From a virus: DNA of 64,000 nt. The notes below the pieces were generated by a model that saw nothing but the letters and a program-made list of their open reading frames with translations, was not told the origin of the DNA and searched no databases. The DNA lies in the IMG/VR virus record IMGVR_UViG_3300011417_000001. One strand, given 5' to 3'. Below are positions 53,251-62,115 of this stretch, one piece after another (the first letter of the stretch is position 1; the number at the start of each line of letters is the position of its first letter). Position numbers and translations under genes: made by a program.

Positions 53251-53667
53251 TTAGCAAACAATACCGCTTCGGGGTGAATCTTTTAATATTTTTTGCAGCC
53301 TTGCAATTTCTGAATAATGATATTGTATTTTCTTTTCTATGTCGTTGGGCTGAACGGTTGCATTTATTAATACCCGGAATTTGTTAAAATCTTGCCTTAG
53401 CCCGGCAGCTAAAGCCCCCCTTGTGTAGTTTTTCATAAGATTCATAATAGAGGCATGGTCTCGGTTAAGCATAAAACCCACTTGCGCATAAGAAAACCCT
53501 TTAGCGCGGAAATAACACGACATTAACGCCCGCTGATAAACAATATCTGTTTCCCTGCATTCGGATAAAACCCTGTTTATATTTAACCAAACAGAATATG
53601 CTTCAAAAAACTCTACGCACAAATGAAGCTCATCCAATAATTCGGTTTCCGGGATAGCGGTTCTCAT
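53251..53667 (-). CDS. DnaA domain IV-like helix-turn-helix protein
   Basis: IVYQRALMSCYFRAKGFSYAQVGFMLNRDHASIMNLMKNY parallels the DnaA C-terminal pattern R..aMYL.r.lt..S...IG..fgRDHsTV. Confidence 0.5.
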   Translation of the reverse strand: MRTAIPETELLDELHLCVEFFEAYSVWLNINRVLSECRETDIVYQRALMSCYFRAKGFSYAQVGFMLNRDHASIMNLMKNYTRGALAAGLRQDFNKFRVLINATVQPNDIEKKIQYHYSEIARLQKILKDSPRSGIVC

Positions 53668-53677
53668 GGTTTATGGT

Positions 53678-53938
53678 TTATATTTTATCCAATATGTTTA
53701 ACTTAGCAGTGAAGTAATCCCATTCCTCATTTAGTGCCTCAAACGAAAATTCATAATTAAAAAGTTCGCACATCTTCCGAAGCTGATTTCTGTTTACTGT
53801 ATGCGTAATCTTTTTGTCAATGTCTTTACCGCTTTCCAGAGTATTAAACATTTGCCCACATTCAAATCCATTTGTGAACGATTCTGATTCATCATCAAAC
53901 GGCATTAGGGATTGGTAATCGTCTTTATATCTTTTCAT
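53678..53938 (-). CDS. Hypothetical protein
   Basis: 86-aa ORF. Confidence 0.4.
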   Translation of the reverse strand: MKRYKDDYQSLMPFDDESESFTNGFECGQMFNTLESGKDIDKKITHTVNRNQLRKMCELFNYEFSFEALNEEWDYFTAKLNILDKI

Positions 53939-54066
53939 TTATATTTTACATTCGTTACTTTCATATCATCATCCACCTCAATGTACTCCCAACCTTGTTC
54001 GTGTTTTATGGGATAGAGTTTTTTCATTTTGTTATAAGATTTGGGTGTTCGTAAATATTTATAAAC

Positions 54067-54318
54067 TTAATCCCTTCCCCATCGTTCTCTGTTATCTGCC
54101 TCTTGCACATCGTCATCAGCAAAGGACACAACAGTACATTTTGCGGGTATAAATGCGTCGACATCATCAGCATAACCCCATTTTTCTCCATTATCGTTAT
54201 ACATCCACGTGTGTTCACCTATTCCCTCGCTAACCCATTGTTCATCTCGGTCTTTAAAGCCAACATATACAGTATTATGACAATCATGCGTAGCGATAAA
54301 TTTAGTTTCTTTGCTCAT
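54067..54318 (-). CDS. Hypothetical protein
   Basis: 83-aa ORF. Confidence 0.4.
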   Translation of the reverse strand: MSKETKFIATHDCHNTVYVGFKDRDEQWVSEGIGEHTWMYNDNGEKWGYADDVDAFIPAKCTVVSFADDDVQEADNRERWGRD

Positions 54319-54337
54319 GTGTTTTGGGGGTTAAGAA

Positions 54338-54553
54338 TTATCCATTATCGTTATGTGAGGCGTGAAAATTTAGCGCAGCAATAATTCCCTTTTTTGTTGG
54401 GGTTATTTCAATGGTGGTTATTTCTTTATCCCAGCCATCATCCCAAACACCTTCTGCATTTTTTTTTCTTGATTCTGCATCTTTTAATGAGCTTGTAAAA
54501 TAAAATCCCGCACTTGATTCATTGACCTTGAAAGCCACTTTATATATTTTCAT
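54338..54553 (-). CDS. Hypothetical protein
   Basis: 71-aa ORF overlapping the upstream stop. Confidence 0.4.
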   Translation of the reverse strand: MKIYKVAFKVNESSAGFYFTSSLKDAESRKKNAEGVWDDGWDKEITTIEITPTKKGIIAALNFHASHNDNG

Positions 54554-54933
54554 AGTTTTTTAAGTATCACAAATTTCGATTCAGGCTTGAAGATTATTCC
54601 GTTTGCCTGTAAGAGCGTTCTAAAACTTTCTTCTTTGGTTTCAACGCAGTTATGAAGGTGTCCCCTGAATAAAATGTAATCCTGATATTCGCCATTATCC
54701 CACTTTTCCACAAACTCCTCCACATCAAAATCAATGTCGGATTGTGTGCAAGTGCCGAGAAACTCATAATCTTCTTTTGGTATTTCAATAAAGCCGTGTC
54801 CCTCATTTGATTTTTCAAGCCGATATGATATGACGGTTTTATTATTAATAAGATTTTTACATAAATGACTGTAAGAATTTTCAGGCACTTCCACAACTAT
54901 TATCGTCCCTGATGCGGTTTGGATGGAGGTCAT
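54550..54933 (-). CDS. Hypothetical protein
   Basis: The start was chosen at the Met that forms an ATGA overlap with the upstream stop. Confidence 0.4.
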   Translation of the reverse strand: MTSIQTASGTIIVVEVPENSYSHLCKNLINNKTVISYRLEKSNEGHGFIEIPKEDYEFLGTCTQSDIDFDVEEFVEKWDNGEYQDYILFRGHLHNCVETKEESFRTLLQANGIIFKPESKFVILKKL

Positions 54934-55292
54934 GGCTTTTTTCTTTCGTTGTATAATTTTATAAATTCTGTAACAGCAATCCATGTTGCCCCAATTTTAG
55001 TGTCGGCAGTATAAAATCCTCGTTTGTTGATTTCGTTTACGTTATTTTCCTTCTCCCATTCATCAATAGAGCAAGAGCATCCACGAATACTCATCAGGTA
55101 AGTAGCTTCAATCTTTTCCACCACAGGCATAAGAAAATCCCAAGAGCAATCATATTTACAATACTCCGAAACAGGAGTGTCCTGCTCAAATAGGAATCTT
55201 ATTGTAGGCACTATTCCGTTTTTATAATATACTTCAAAATCCATAAATTTTGCAATCAGTATATTCCCATTAATCGTTTCTTCTCTGGTCAT
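54930..55292 (-). CDS. Hypothetical protein
   Basis: 120-aa ORF. Confidence 0.4.
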   Translation of the reverse strand: MTREETINGNILIAKFMDFEVYYKNGIVPTIRFLFEQDTPVSEYCKYDCSWDFLMPVVEKIEATYLMSIRGCSCSIDEWEKENNVNEINKRGFYTADTKIGATWIAVTEFIKLYNERKKP

Positions 55293-55332
55293 CTTATTTT
55301 ATTGTTAATGTAATTGGTGTATTCTTCGGGGG

Positions 55333-55539
55333 TTATCCGTTTTTATTAAACACATTTCCGTGTCCTGCGCTGCAATAAAAAACTCTTGATTTATCTGTCC
55401 TTCTGTCAAATTGAGCCTGATTAATAATAAATGGATTCCCGCAATTACAGCAGTAATATGTATGGTGGTTGAATGGTTTTAAATTTGAAACAGTTCGCTT
55501 CAATTCTTTCAACTCTATTTCTAATTCACGTTTGGTCAT
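55333..55539 (-). CDS. Zinc-ribbon protein
   Basis: YYCCNCGNPF ... FYCSAGHGN. Confidence 0.4.
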   Translation of the reverse strand: MTKRELEIELKELKRTVSNLKPFNHHTYYCCNCGNPFIINQAQFDRRTDKSRVFYCSAGHGNVFNKNG

Positions 55540-55558
55540 TGTTAATTGAGTTAGGGGG

Positions 55559-55837
55559 TTATCGTATTTGGTAATAATGGTTGGGTTTATTGTAGCGTTC
55601 CATCACCTTTTCGTCCGTCTTTATCAGGTAGCCTTTATGGTATAGGTTAGTGCAGCTTCTTCTTACGCTTGATTCATGGAACTTTAGCGCATCTGCCGCT
55701 TGCAGGGCGGTTGCCTTTTTTACCTTGCGGAAGTATTCAAGTACCTTTTCTTCTTGTGTGTGCGCCTGTTGCTCGAATTTAACGAGTTCTTTTCCTTCGC
55801 TGGCGATGGTGTTGAAAAAACTTAACTGCTCTTTCAT
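55559..55837 (-). CDS. Winged-helix DNA-binding protein (MarR-like)
   Basis: VLEYFRKVKKATALQAADALKFHESSVRRSCTNLYHKGYLIKT. The internal Met was chosen as the start. Confidence 0.45.
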   Translation of the reverse strand: MKEQLSFFNTIASEGKELVKFEQQAHTQEEKVLEYFRKVKKATALQAADALKFHESSVRRSCTNLYHKGYLIKTDEKVMERYNKPNHYYQIR

Positions 55838-55985
55838 ATATCCACCGATGTCCAAAATAATAAATTCCCAAGAGCATATCCCCAAACTAATGCTATAAGT
55901 AACGTTAATTGATTTGGCGGCAACAATCCTAACAGGGACATTGCCGGGATAAACCATAATAAGTTTTTTAGAAACTTTTTTCTGT

Positions 55986-56342
55986 TCATTCTAATTGGTC
56001 TTTTACTTTCTGAATTTCGGCATCCATGTAATTATTGTAGTAGGTTTCCCAGTCGAGTTCCCCGCCTTTTTGTTCCCACAATCTATATATACAAGCCCGG
56101 AGTTTCTGTGATTTTGTCTTTACCTTTTTCCCGTCTTGCATAACCGTTTCATCAATCATCTTTTCTTCCAATGGGGAAATGTTGTTGTCGGAAAGAAGCG
56201 CCTTAACATATTTATTTCTCATAGAGAAAACATTAGTTATGTCGGTTGAGTCTATTTCTTGTGACCCCAATACTATTTTAAGGCTTCCATCTGACCTTGT
56301 GGATAAATTTTCTATTATTACGCCCAATACGATTTTAGCCAT
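55986..56342 (-). CDS. Hypothetical protein whose N-terminus is duplicated in the upstream HNH gene
   Basis: MAKIVLGVIIENLSTRSDGSLKIVLGSQE matches MSKIVLGIVIEGISTRSDNSFKIVIGTQE at 19 of 29 positions. Confidence 0.45.
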   Translation of the reverse strand: MAKIVLGVIIENLSTRSDGSLKIVLGSQEIDSTDITNVFSMRNKYVKALLSDNNISPLEEKMIDETVMQDGKKVKTKSQKLRACIYRLWEQKGGELDWETYYNNYMDAEIQKVKDQLE

Positions 56343-56958
56343 TGTATGTAAATTTATAATTATTGCCACATGATTCCTGTACGCCCCGGCACACCTTTGA
56401 TACAGAGGAAACGCTCAAGCCTAATTCTTTTGCCGCATCTATTATAGAGCCATAAACTTTATTATTTGTCAAGCATTTTATTGACCTTGAACTTTTCGAT
56501 GCCCCGCCTGTTTTTATAAGCCCAATATTTACAGCGTGGCGGATATTCTCTCTTCGGGTAACCCACTCTAAATTTTCAACCCTATTGTCTGTCTTAATGC
56601 CATTAATATGGTTGACCTCTGGTTTCTTTTTTGGATTAGGAATAAATGCCTGTGCAACCAAAAAATGAATAGACATCGCCTTAGCGTCTTTTTTGCTTCT
56701 CGCTAATCTGATGAACAAATACCCTCTTGTCATCTTTTGGTTTTTGCGTATAATTTCTTTGCGAGTTCTGGTTTTTCCGTAAGACGAATTAACTGTTTTT
56801 GCAAATGCTTTTACTCTACCAACATTGCTTATTTGATAAAGCCCCTCATAGCCGACAACATCTTTCCATGCCTCTTGTGTGCCGATGACAATTTTAAAGC
56901 TGTTGTCGCTGCGGGTGCTTATTCCCTCTATAACTATGCCTAAAACTATTTTGCTCAT
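56335..56958 (-). CDS. HNH homing endonuclease (NUMOD4 + HNH_3 + C-terminal HTH) fused to a 30-aa copy of its neighbour's N-terminus
   Basis: WKDVVGYEGLYQISNVGRV (NUMOD4), EVNHINGIKTDNRVENLEWVTRRENIRH (HNH), AAKELGLSVSSVSKVCRG (NUMOD1-like HTH). Confidence 0.8.
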   Translation of the reverse strand: MSKIVLGIVIEGISTRSDNSFKIVIGTQEAWKDVVGYEGLYQISNVGRVKAFAKTVNSSYGKTRTRKEIIRKNQKMTRGYLFIRLARSKKDAKAMSIHFLVAQAFIPNPKKKPEVNHINGIKTDNRVENLEWVTRRENIRHAVNIGLIKTGGASKSSRSIKCLTNNKVYGSIIDAAKELGLSVSSVSKVCRGVQESCGNNYKFTYNG

Positions 56959-57085
56959 TTTATATAATAAATTGACGCTACAAAAATATACACAATATTT
57001 ATTGATTCAACAAATGGCGTTAAATTATTTCTCCTTGATACTTAAATAGTTAAATAAAAGTAGCATAAAAAAGTTACTTTTAGTG

Positions 57086-57115
57086 TTGCATAATAGGATT
57101 ATTGATATATCTTTG
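57086..57115 (+). promoter_or_regulatory. Bacteroidota-type promoter (gTTG, 19 nt, TATCTTTG)
   Basis: The -7 box is at 57108-57115 and TTG at 57086-57088. It drives the plus-strand module. Confidence 0.5.
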
Positions 57116-57130
57116 CATCAAAATTATAAT

Positions 57131-57280
57131 ATGAAACAATCAAAAAACAATAGGAAAATCGGGCGGAAAAAGCTACCTTTGGGAGATAAAAAGAAGGTAA
57201 TCCGCGTATGGATAAAAGAGAAGCACTTCGCATCCGCCAAAAAACAAATCAACGAACTAGTCCGAGAAATAGAAAAATGA
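57131..57280 (+). CDS. Small basic protein
   Basis: Starts at an internal ATG 16 nt after the -7 box: MKQSKNNRKIGRKKLPLGDKKK... Confidence 0.35.
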   Translation: MKQSKNNRKIGRKKLPLGDKKKVIRVWIKEKHFASAKKQINELVREIEK

Positions 57281-57549
57281 AAATAACAAACAGCATGACA
57301 CTTCTCGAAGAAACCATACTAAGGCACTGGCATCGTTTAAAGGACTTTGAAATAGTTGCCTTGAAACAATTAGAAAAGAAGGTCGTTAAACAATTAATCA
57401 GCCTTGACCCCGAAGAACAGCAAAAAGCGGACGCAAATCAGGAGCTAATTGAAAGCATAATTGAGTTGCTGAACTACGAAAAGTATTCACGATTAGACGA
57501 GGTAAAAGAATTAATAAGAGTAGAAGTAAAAGAAGCACTTGAAGCATGA
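57277..57549 (+). CDS. Hypothetical protein
   Basis: ATGA overlap with the previous ORF. Confidence 0.4.
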   Translation: MKITNSMTLLEETILRHWHRLKDFEIVALKQLEKKVVKQLISLDPEEQQKADANQELIESIIELLNYEKYSRLDEVKELIRVEVKEALEA

Positions 57550-57743
57550 AAACGCCAATAATAATACTTTCAATTATCTTTATTGTTATTATGCTTGTGC
57601 TATATTTGAAATATAGGTTTCCCCAATCCGCTAATTTAATTGACGGAATCTGTTGCATGATTTATTCTGTTTTACTATTTATCGGGGCAGCCTTATTATT
57701 CTCTTGTGGCGCAAATTTAATTGAACCATTATTTAAAAAATAA
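57546..57743 (+). CDS. Two-pass membrane protein
   Basis: IIILSIIFIVIMLVLYL and MIYSVLLFIGAALLFS. Confidence 0.4.
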   Translation: MKTPIIILSIIFIVIMLVLYLKYRFPQSANLIDGICCMIYSVLLFIGAALLFSCGANLIEPLFKK

Positions 57744-57747
57744 ACCA

Positions 57748-57999
57748 ATGAACAACAGAGAAAAGAAGTTACAGGAGGCTGCGAACAATTTAGCATCTGA
57801 ATATGCAGAGGATGGCTTTGGTTTTGAATATAAAAGAGGCTTTCTTCATGGCGCAAATTGGGAGAGGGAAAACAACGAATGGCTCGTTATTGTTGGAATA
57901 GCGTTTGAGAGAGGTAAATTAGAGGCAAGAAAAGAGCCTAACAAACAAATGACGGGAAGCGAATATATAGAATCTATCCTGAAACAAAAAACCACATGA
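57748..57999 (+). CDS. Hypothetical protein
   Basis: Internal ATG start; 83 aa. Confidence 0.35.
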   Translation: MNNREKKLQEAANNLASEYAEDGFGFEYKRGFLHGANWERENNEWLVIVGIAFERGKLEARKEPNKQMTGSEYIESILKQKTT

Positions 58000-58238
58000 A
58001 CTATGTTGATGAACATATTGACCGAATGTATAGGGAGGCAATGGCGCATCAGGAAAAAATAGTAGCTATGATTGAAAGTTTAAAAAAGGAAAAGAGGAAA
58101 TGGAAAAGCCCAAAGCATCAGGGGGAGCATCGCACACAGAAAGGGCAAATGGAACACCTGAAACAAGACTTGTTAGATTCAATCGCATGGACAAAAATGC
58201 TTGACGGCAAAAGATTCAAACAAAATTCAATAAAATAA
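57996..58238 (+). CDS. Hypothetical protein
   Basis: 80-aa ORF, coupled to its neighbours. Confidence 0.4.
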   Translation: MNYVDEHIDRMYREAMAHQEKIVAMIESLKKEKRKWKSPKHQGEHRTQKGQMEHLKQDLLDSIAWTKMLDGKRFKQNSIK

Positions 58239-58246
58239 AAACACCA

Positions 58247-58621
58247 ATGCCGCGCACAGCTACTAATATGAAAAAAGAAGATTTAAAAATAGGGCAAGTT
58301 CTTTATTTAAAGCCAATAAACAATGCCTCAAGGAGAGGGGATGGCGAAATAAAAGAAACCTACATCACTAAAATAGGCAAAAAATATATCATAGTAGACG
58401 GGTATTATGGCAGATTCTTTATTGATTCATTGCTACAAGATGCCGGACAATATTCCTCTAACTATCAAGCATACACTACAAGACAGCAAATCGAGGAGGA
58501 AAGAGAAATGCAGACACTTAGAGATAAATTAAGAAAATATTTTGATGGCGTGTGGGGCGAATCGCGGAAACTCACTCTACAACAACTTAGAAAAGTAGAT
58601 AATATTATTTCAGAAAAATGA
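58247..58621 (+). CDS. Hypothetical protein
   Basis: 124-aa ORF. Confidence 0.4.
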   Translation: MPRTATNMKKEDLKIGQVLYLKPINNASRRGDGEIKETYITKIGKKYIIVDGYYGRFFIDSLLQDAGQYSSNYQAYTTRQQIEEEREMQTLRDKLRKYFDGVWGESRKLTLQQLRKVDNIISEK

Positions 58622-58761
58622 AAACCCGCACCTTCCACAATGCTATTTGCACAACCGACATTACAAGGTTCATGCTATGGCTCGCCACCAATGATATGGC
58701 GGGAAAGAAAACAGATACCATAAAAACAAAACTCGGAACACTTTATATTATTCACAACTAA
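58618..58761 (+). CDS. Hypothetical small protein
   Basis: 47-aa ORF found by hand, with an ATGA overlap to the previous stop. Confidence 0.3.
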   Translation: MKTRTFHNAICTTDITRFMLWLATNDMAGKKTDTIKTKLGTLYIIHN

Positions 58762-58774
58762 AACAAATAAAATC

Positions 58775-59170
58775 ATGGAACAAAAAGGAATTATGGGATG
58801 GCTATTCTTCGGAACATTCGTTATTGTAGGACTAATCGTTTTATCAATGTGGGGATGCCCGCAGTACAATGTCTATCAACAGCGCAAGGCAGGGGAAGCG
58901 AAATTAGCGGAAGCGGAATCCTCTCGGCAAATAGCCATAAAAGAGGCAAGCGCAAAGCAACAGAGCGCATCACTATTAGCACAAGCCGACACTATCAGGG
59001 CACACGGAATCGCCCGCAGCAACCAAATAATCGGGCAGTCATTATCGCAACCGTACCTACATTGGTTTTGGATTGATAACATTGATAAAAGCAATAACGT
59101 AATCTATGTACCCACAGAAGCAAACATTCCTATTATGGAAGCGGGCAGGCACGAAATACAACCAAAATAA
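58775..59170 (+). CDS. Membrane-anchored protein resembling the C-terminal region of SPFH/band-7 proteins
   Basis: An N-terminal transmembrane segment (WLFFGTFVIVGLIVL) is followed by an Ala/Gln-rich helix and ...NNVIYVPTEANIPIMEA. Confidence 0.35.
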   Translation: MEQKGIMGWLFFGTFVIVGLIVLSMWGCPQYNVYQQRKAGEAKLAEAESSRQIAIKEASAKQQSASLLAQADTIRAHGIARSNQIIGQSLSQPYLHWFWIDNIDKSNNVIYVPTEANIPIMEAGRHEIQPK

Positions 59171-59189
59171 AAACTAAAACACAAACATC

Positions 59190-59549
59190 ATGGAAACATT
59201 AAAAACAAAAATCACCGTAACCGAAAAGCGGGAAGTTGAAAAGGAAATTGAATTGCCGTACTATTCAAAAAGCGAGTACGAACATTATGTAATTTACGGA
59301 GATGGCAAAACCGTAACTGTTTGGCTGAACAAGGCGCAAACCACCACCAATATTTCTACTATTGATTCCGCAAACGACTACGAAAAAGCAATCGCAGCCG
59401 AACCATGCACCGAACAGGAGTTTTACGAAGCCATGCAAAAAGCCATCTGCATAATTGCAGTAGCATCTAATTTGCTGATTGATGTAGGGAGATTGCCAGA
59501 ACCTAAAGATTTTGAAACCGCAAGCACCGAACCCAATGTATCAATTTAA
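59190..59549 (+). CDS. Hypothetical protein
   Basis: 119-aa ORF. Confidence 0.4.
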   Translation: METLKTKITVTEKREVEKEIELPYYSKSEYEHYVIYGDGKTVTVWLNKAQTTTNISTIDSANDYEKAIAAEPCTEQEFYEAMQKAICIIAVASNLLIDVGRLPEPKDFETASTEPNVSI

Positions 59550-60579
59550 CTTCCGTAAGATTTGGAACGAATCGCTGCCAATGACGCAGCGTGAACCGAA
59601 GGAGCGCAACTACCTGTACGCCTCTGAACTATACAAGCCAATGATTGACCGCTACCTTGCGCTCAAAGGAACGCCACCATCAAATGTACCCAACGAAAGG
59701 TCATTCAGAAAATTTTGGAGTGGCAACGCATGGAACTTCATTGCGGGGCTGGTATTACATCAGCTTGGCATTGTTCAGGCGGCAGAACACGTTGTCAATA
59801 TCGAAGATTTGCCCGTACCCGTTCATGGCAGGCTTGACTACCTTGTTGGCGGCATCCCGGACTATGACAAAGCCCGCAAAACAATATCCTCTTACCCCTT
59901 TGAAAAAGAAATGATGGAACGGTTTATGACAGTCATCAACAACTTTGAACAAACCGTAGGGCATCAGGAAATCGAACTAATGGTACACGAAATAAAATCC
60001 TGCTCCGAATTTGTTATCAACATGATTAACGAGGGCGGGCATATTACAGGACACGATTTACAGGTTTACCACTACCTGAAAGGATTGAATATGCAGCGCG
60101 GGGTAATATCCTACATCAGTAAAAATGATTCCCTGATGGGCGATGTTATTATTAACCATCCTGACGCTAATCTTGAAAATCTTTACATGGGCGACTTGTT
60201 ACTTTTGAGAGGATATTTAGATGACAATACCCGCCCAGAACCACTCTCATTAATTACCTTTGAGGGCAAATTTAAAAAGCGGTTGGATATTGAATACAGC
60301 AATTATTTAACTCTTGTGTATGGCTTCAAAGAACCTATGGAGTATTCCGATTCAGTTAAAGGACAAGTCAGCAGATGGAATCGTGTCTTGGCTCGGCTAA
60401 AAGATATTCAGGATGGCAAGCGTGGCAAACCCACCAAGAAAGAACCCGAAGGAAAATTAGTAGCATTAACCGATAATAACAAATCCGCGATAGATGAAAT
60501 GTCAAAGGACGGGTATAACGCTTACGAACTTGCCAAAGAAGCCGTAATTATAGAGGAAGAAATTGAAGAAACAGAATAA
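59536..60579 (+). CDS. PD-(D/E)XK family nuclease (recombination exonuclease candidate)
   Basis: HGRLDYLVGG (D) followed by ELMVHEIKS (ExK). The ATG start at 59536 is preferred over the TTG at 59512. Confidence 0.55.
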   Translation: MYQFNFRKIWNESLPMTQREPKERNYLYASELYKPMIDRYLALKGTPPSNVPNERSFRKFWSGNAWNFIAGLVLHQLGIVQAAEHVVNIEDLPVPVHGRLDYLVGGIPDYDKARKTISSYPFEKEMMERFMTVINNFEQTVGHQEIELMVHEIKSCSEFVINMINEGGHITGHDLQVYHYLKGLNMQRGVISYISKNDSLMGDVIINHPDANLENLYMGDLLLLRGYLDDNTRPEPLSLITFEGKFKKRLDIEYSNYLTLVYGFKEPMEYSDSVKGQVSRWNRVLARLKDIQDGKRGKPTKKEPEGKLVALTDNNKSAIDEMSKDGYNAYELAKEAVIIEEEIEETE

Positions 60580-60581
60580 CA

Positions 60582-61340
60582 ATGGTAGATTTCAGCAAAC
60601 ATTTAGACAGAAATAAACATTTAAACAATCAAACAAATATCACAATGACAACAAACGACATTCCGGGAACGGGAAAAATTTACGACAAAAAAAGGTTTTA
60701 CCTTAACATCATTAACGGCAAGCTGGCTCAAAAAGTAACTCCTGAATCCGAAGGGGCGCAAAAGCGAACCTACAAAAAGAAAAATGGGGAGGAAGTAACT
60801 AAGTATGAAAAGTATTATGCCACTATTGAAGGATTGCTGGCAGATGTAATTTTACAGGACAGCGACTTCGGGGAACAGATACTTATAAAGCTAACCCCAA
60901 ACAACGAATCAGAAGTTATTGTTCAACTGCCGTTTAACTCACGGGAGGCGAACAAATTCCTGTTAAAGCTGCCCAACATCAATCCCAAGCAATTAGTTAA
61001 ATTATCCCCGTACAACTTTTCAGACAAAGAGGATAAAGAAAAAAAGATAATCGGGATGAATGTATTTCAGAATGAAGTTAAAATTGCGGATTACTACACG
61101 CCCGATAAAGCAAACGGCTATCCCTACCCCGACAAAGGCGATGACGGCAAATTCGTTTACCTCGACAAAGACGAATTTAAAATCCTCACCATCAAACAGG
61201 GTAAATTCCTGAAAGGTGAACTCGAAAAGTGGAGGATGAACCACCAACCCGAACAAACAGGAAATGTATCTATAAGTGCTGATGAAGTTCCTCCATTGAC
61301 CATTCCTGTAAATGATGATTCTTCGGGTTTGCCCTTCTGA
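60582..61340 (+). CDS. ssDNA-binding protein candidate (gp2.5-like) with an acidic C-terminal tip
   Basis: Ends in ...VNDDSSGLPF, like the SSB-type D-D-x-(I/L)-P-F tails. It lies directly after the nuclease gene. Confidence 0.4.
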   Translation: MVDFSKHLDRNKHLNNQTNITMTTNDIPGTGKIYDKKRFYLNIINGKLAQKVTPESEGAQKRTYKKKNGEEVTKYEKYYATIEGLLADVILQDSDFGEQILIKLTPNNESEVIVQLPFNSREANKFLLKLPNINPKQLVKLSPYNFSDKEDKEKKIIGMNVFQNEVKIADYYTPDKANGYPYPDKGDDGKFVYLDKDEFKILTIKQGKFLKGELEKWRMNHQPEQTGNVSISADEVPPLTIPVNDDSSGLPF

Positions 61341-61370
61341 TGTAAGATTGTGTTTGTAGTTTATTGATAG

Positions 61371-61398
61371 AGGCGGGGTGTAAAAGCCTCGCCTTTTT
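61371..61398 (+). terminator. Rho-independent terminator (+)
   Basis: AGGCGGGG pairs with CCTCGCCT and is followed by TTTT. Confidence 0.6.
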
Positions 61399-61403
61399 AC
61401 ATT

Positions 61404-61437
61404 AAAAAACCGAGAGTGCCTATGAGTTCACCCTCGG
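61404..61437 (-). terminator. Rho-independent terminator (-)
   Basis: CCGAGAGTG pairs with CACCCTCGG (8 of 9 positions), with A6 on the plus strand giving a U-tract on the minus strand. Confidence 0.55.
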
Positions 61438-61493
61438 TAACTTTAAAAACTAAACACTCTAAAAACACTAAACCATGAATAAAAAAAACTTCT

Positions 61494-61934
61494 TTAATCT
61501 TTCATGTAAACTGTTTTGCCGTTTTCTTTGACGGCTCGCAAATTCTCATAACCCTTGTTATTTCTTGTATTTACAGACAAGTGAACCCAAGAATCAAACT
61601 CCTGTATTAGTTGGCGGTATGGTAGACTTGAATGTTTAATAAATTGATAAAACTGCTCAACCGTCCAGCCCGGTACTGTCATATCAACCGCTTCGTAAAG
61701 GCAATGCCGCGAGGTTGCAGCCCCGCCAATGGCTTTATTTAGTTCGGGCGAACGATACCCGGAGCTTATCCTTATCGGTGTTCCTATAGCTTCCCGCAGG
61801 GGTTCTAATAAAGTATTGCACAGGTAGCCAAGTTTAATGATACCGTCTTCTGTCGGGGTATTGTTTATTCCCAGCCTGATTGCGGTTTGCGAGAATGTTA
61901 GTTCCTCTAAAGTAAAATGTTCGCTCAACTTCAT
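61494..61934 (-). CDS. Endolysin, peptidase M15 family (zinc D-Ala-D-Ala carboxypeptidase fold)
   Basis: SGYRSPELNKAIGGAATSRHCLYEAVDM and WVHLS supply the H..D...H zinc ligands typical of Peptidase_M15_3. Confidence 0.8.
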   Translation of the reverse strand: MKLSEHFTLEELTFSQTAIRLGINNTPTEDGIIKLGYLCNTLLEPLREAIGTPIRISSGYRSPELNKAIGGAATSRHCLYEAVDMTVPGWTVEQFYQFIKHSSLPYRQLIQEFDSWVHLSVNTRNNKGYENLRAVKENGKTVYMKD

Positions 61935-62113
61935 ATTAAATGCTTTGTGGCTTGTATGATTTGATTCAATCTTTCAATTTCTTCTTCCCTGCCCGTTATT
62001 TTGTCGTCCACGTAGTTTACCAATTCTCTTAAAATCTGTTCATCTGGCGCATCATTGTTTTTGAGCCGGTCAAGGATTTGGGCGAGTTCGGATTGTATCT
62101 GTATGCGGTTCAT
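61931..62113 (-). CDS. Hypothetical protein
   Basis: 60-aa ORF overlapping the endolysin start. Confidence 0.35.
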   Translation of the reverse strand: MNRIQIQSELAQILDRLKNNDAPDEQILRELVNYVDDKITGREEEIERLNQIIQATKHLI

Positions 62114-62115
62114 TT

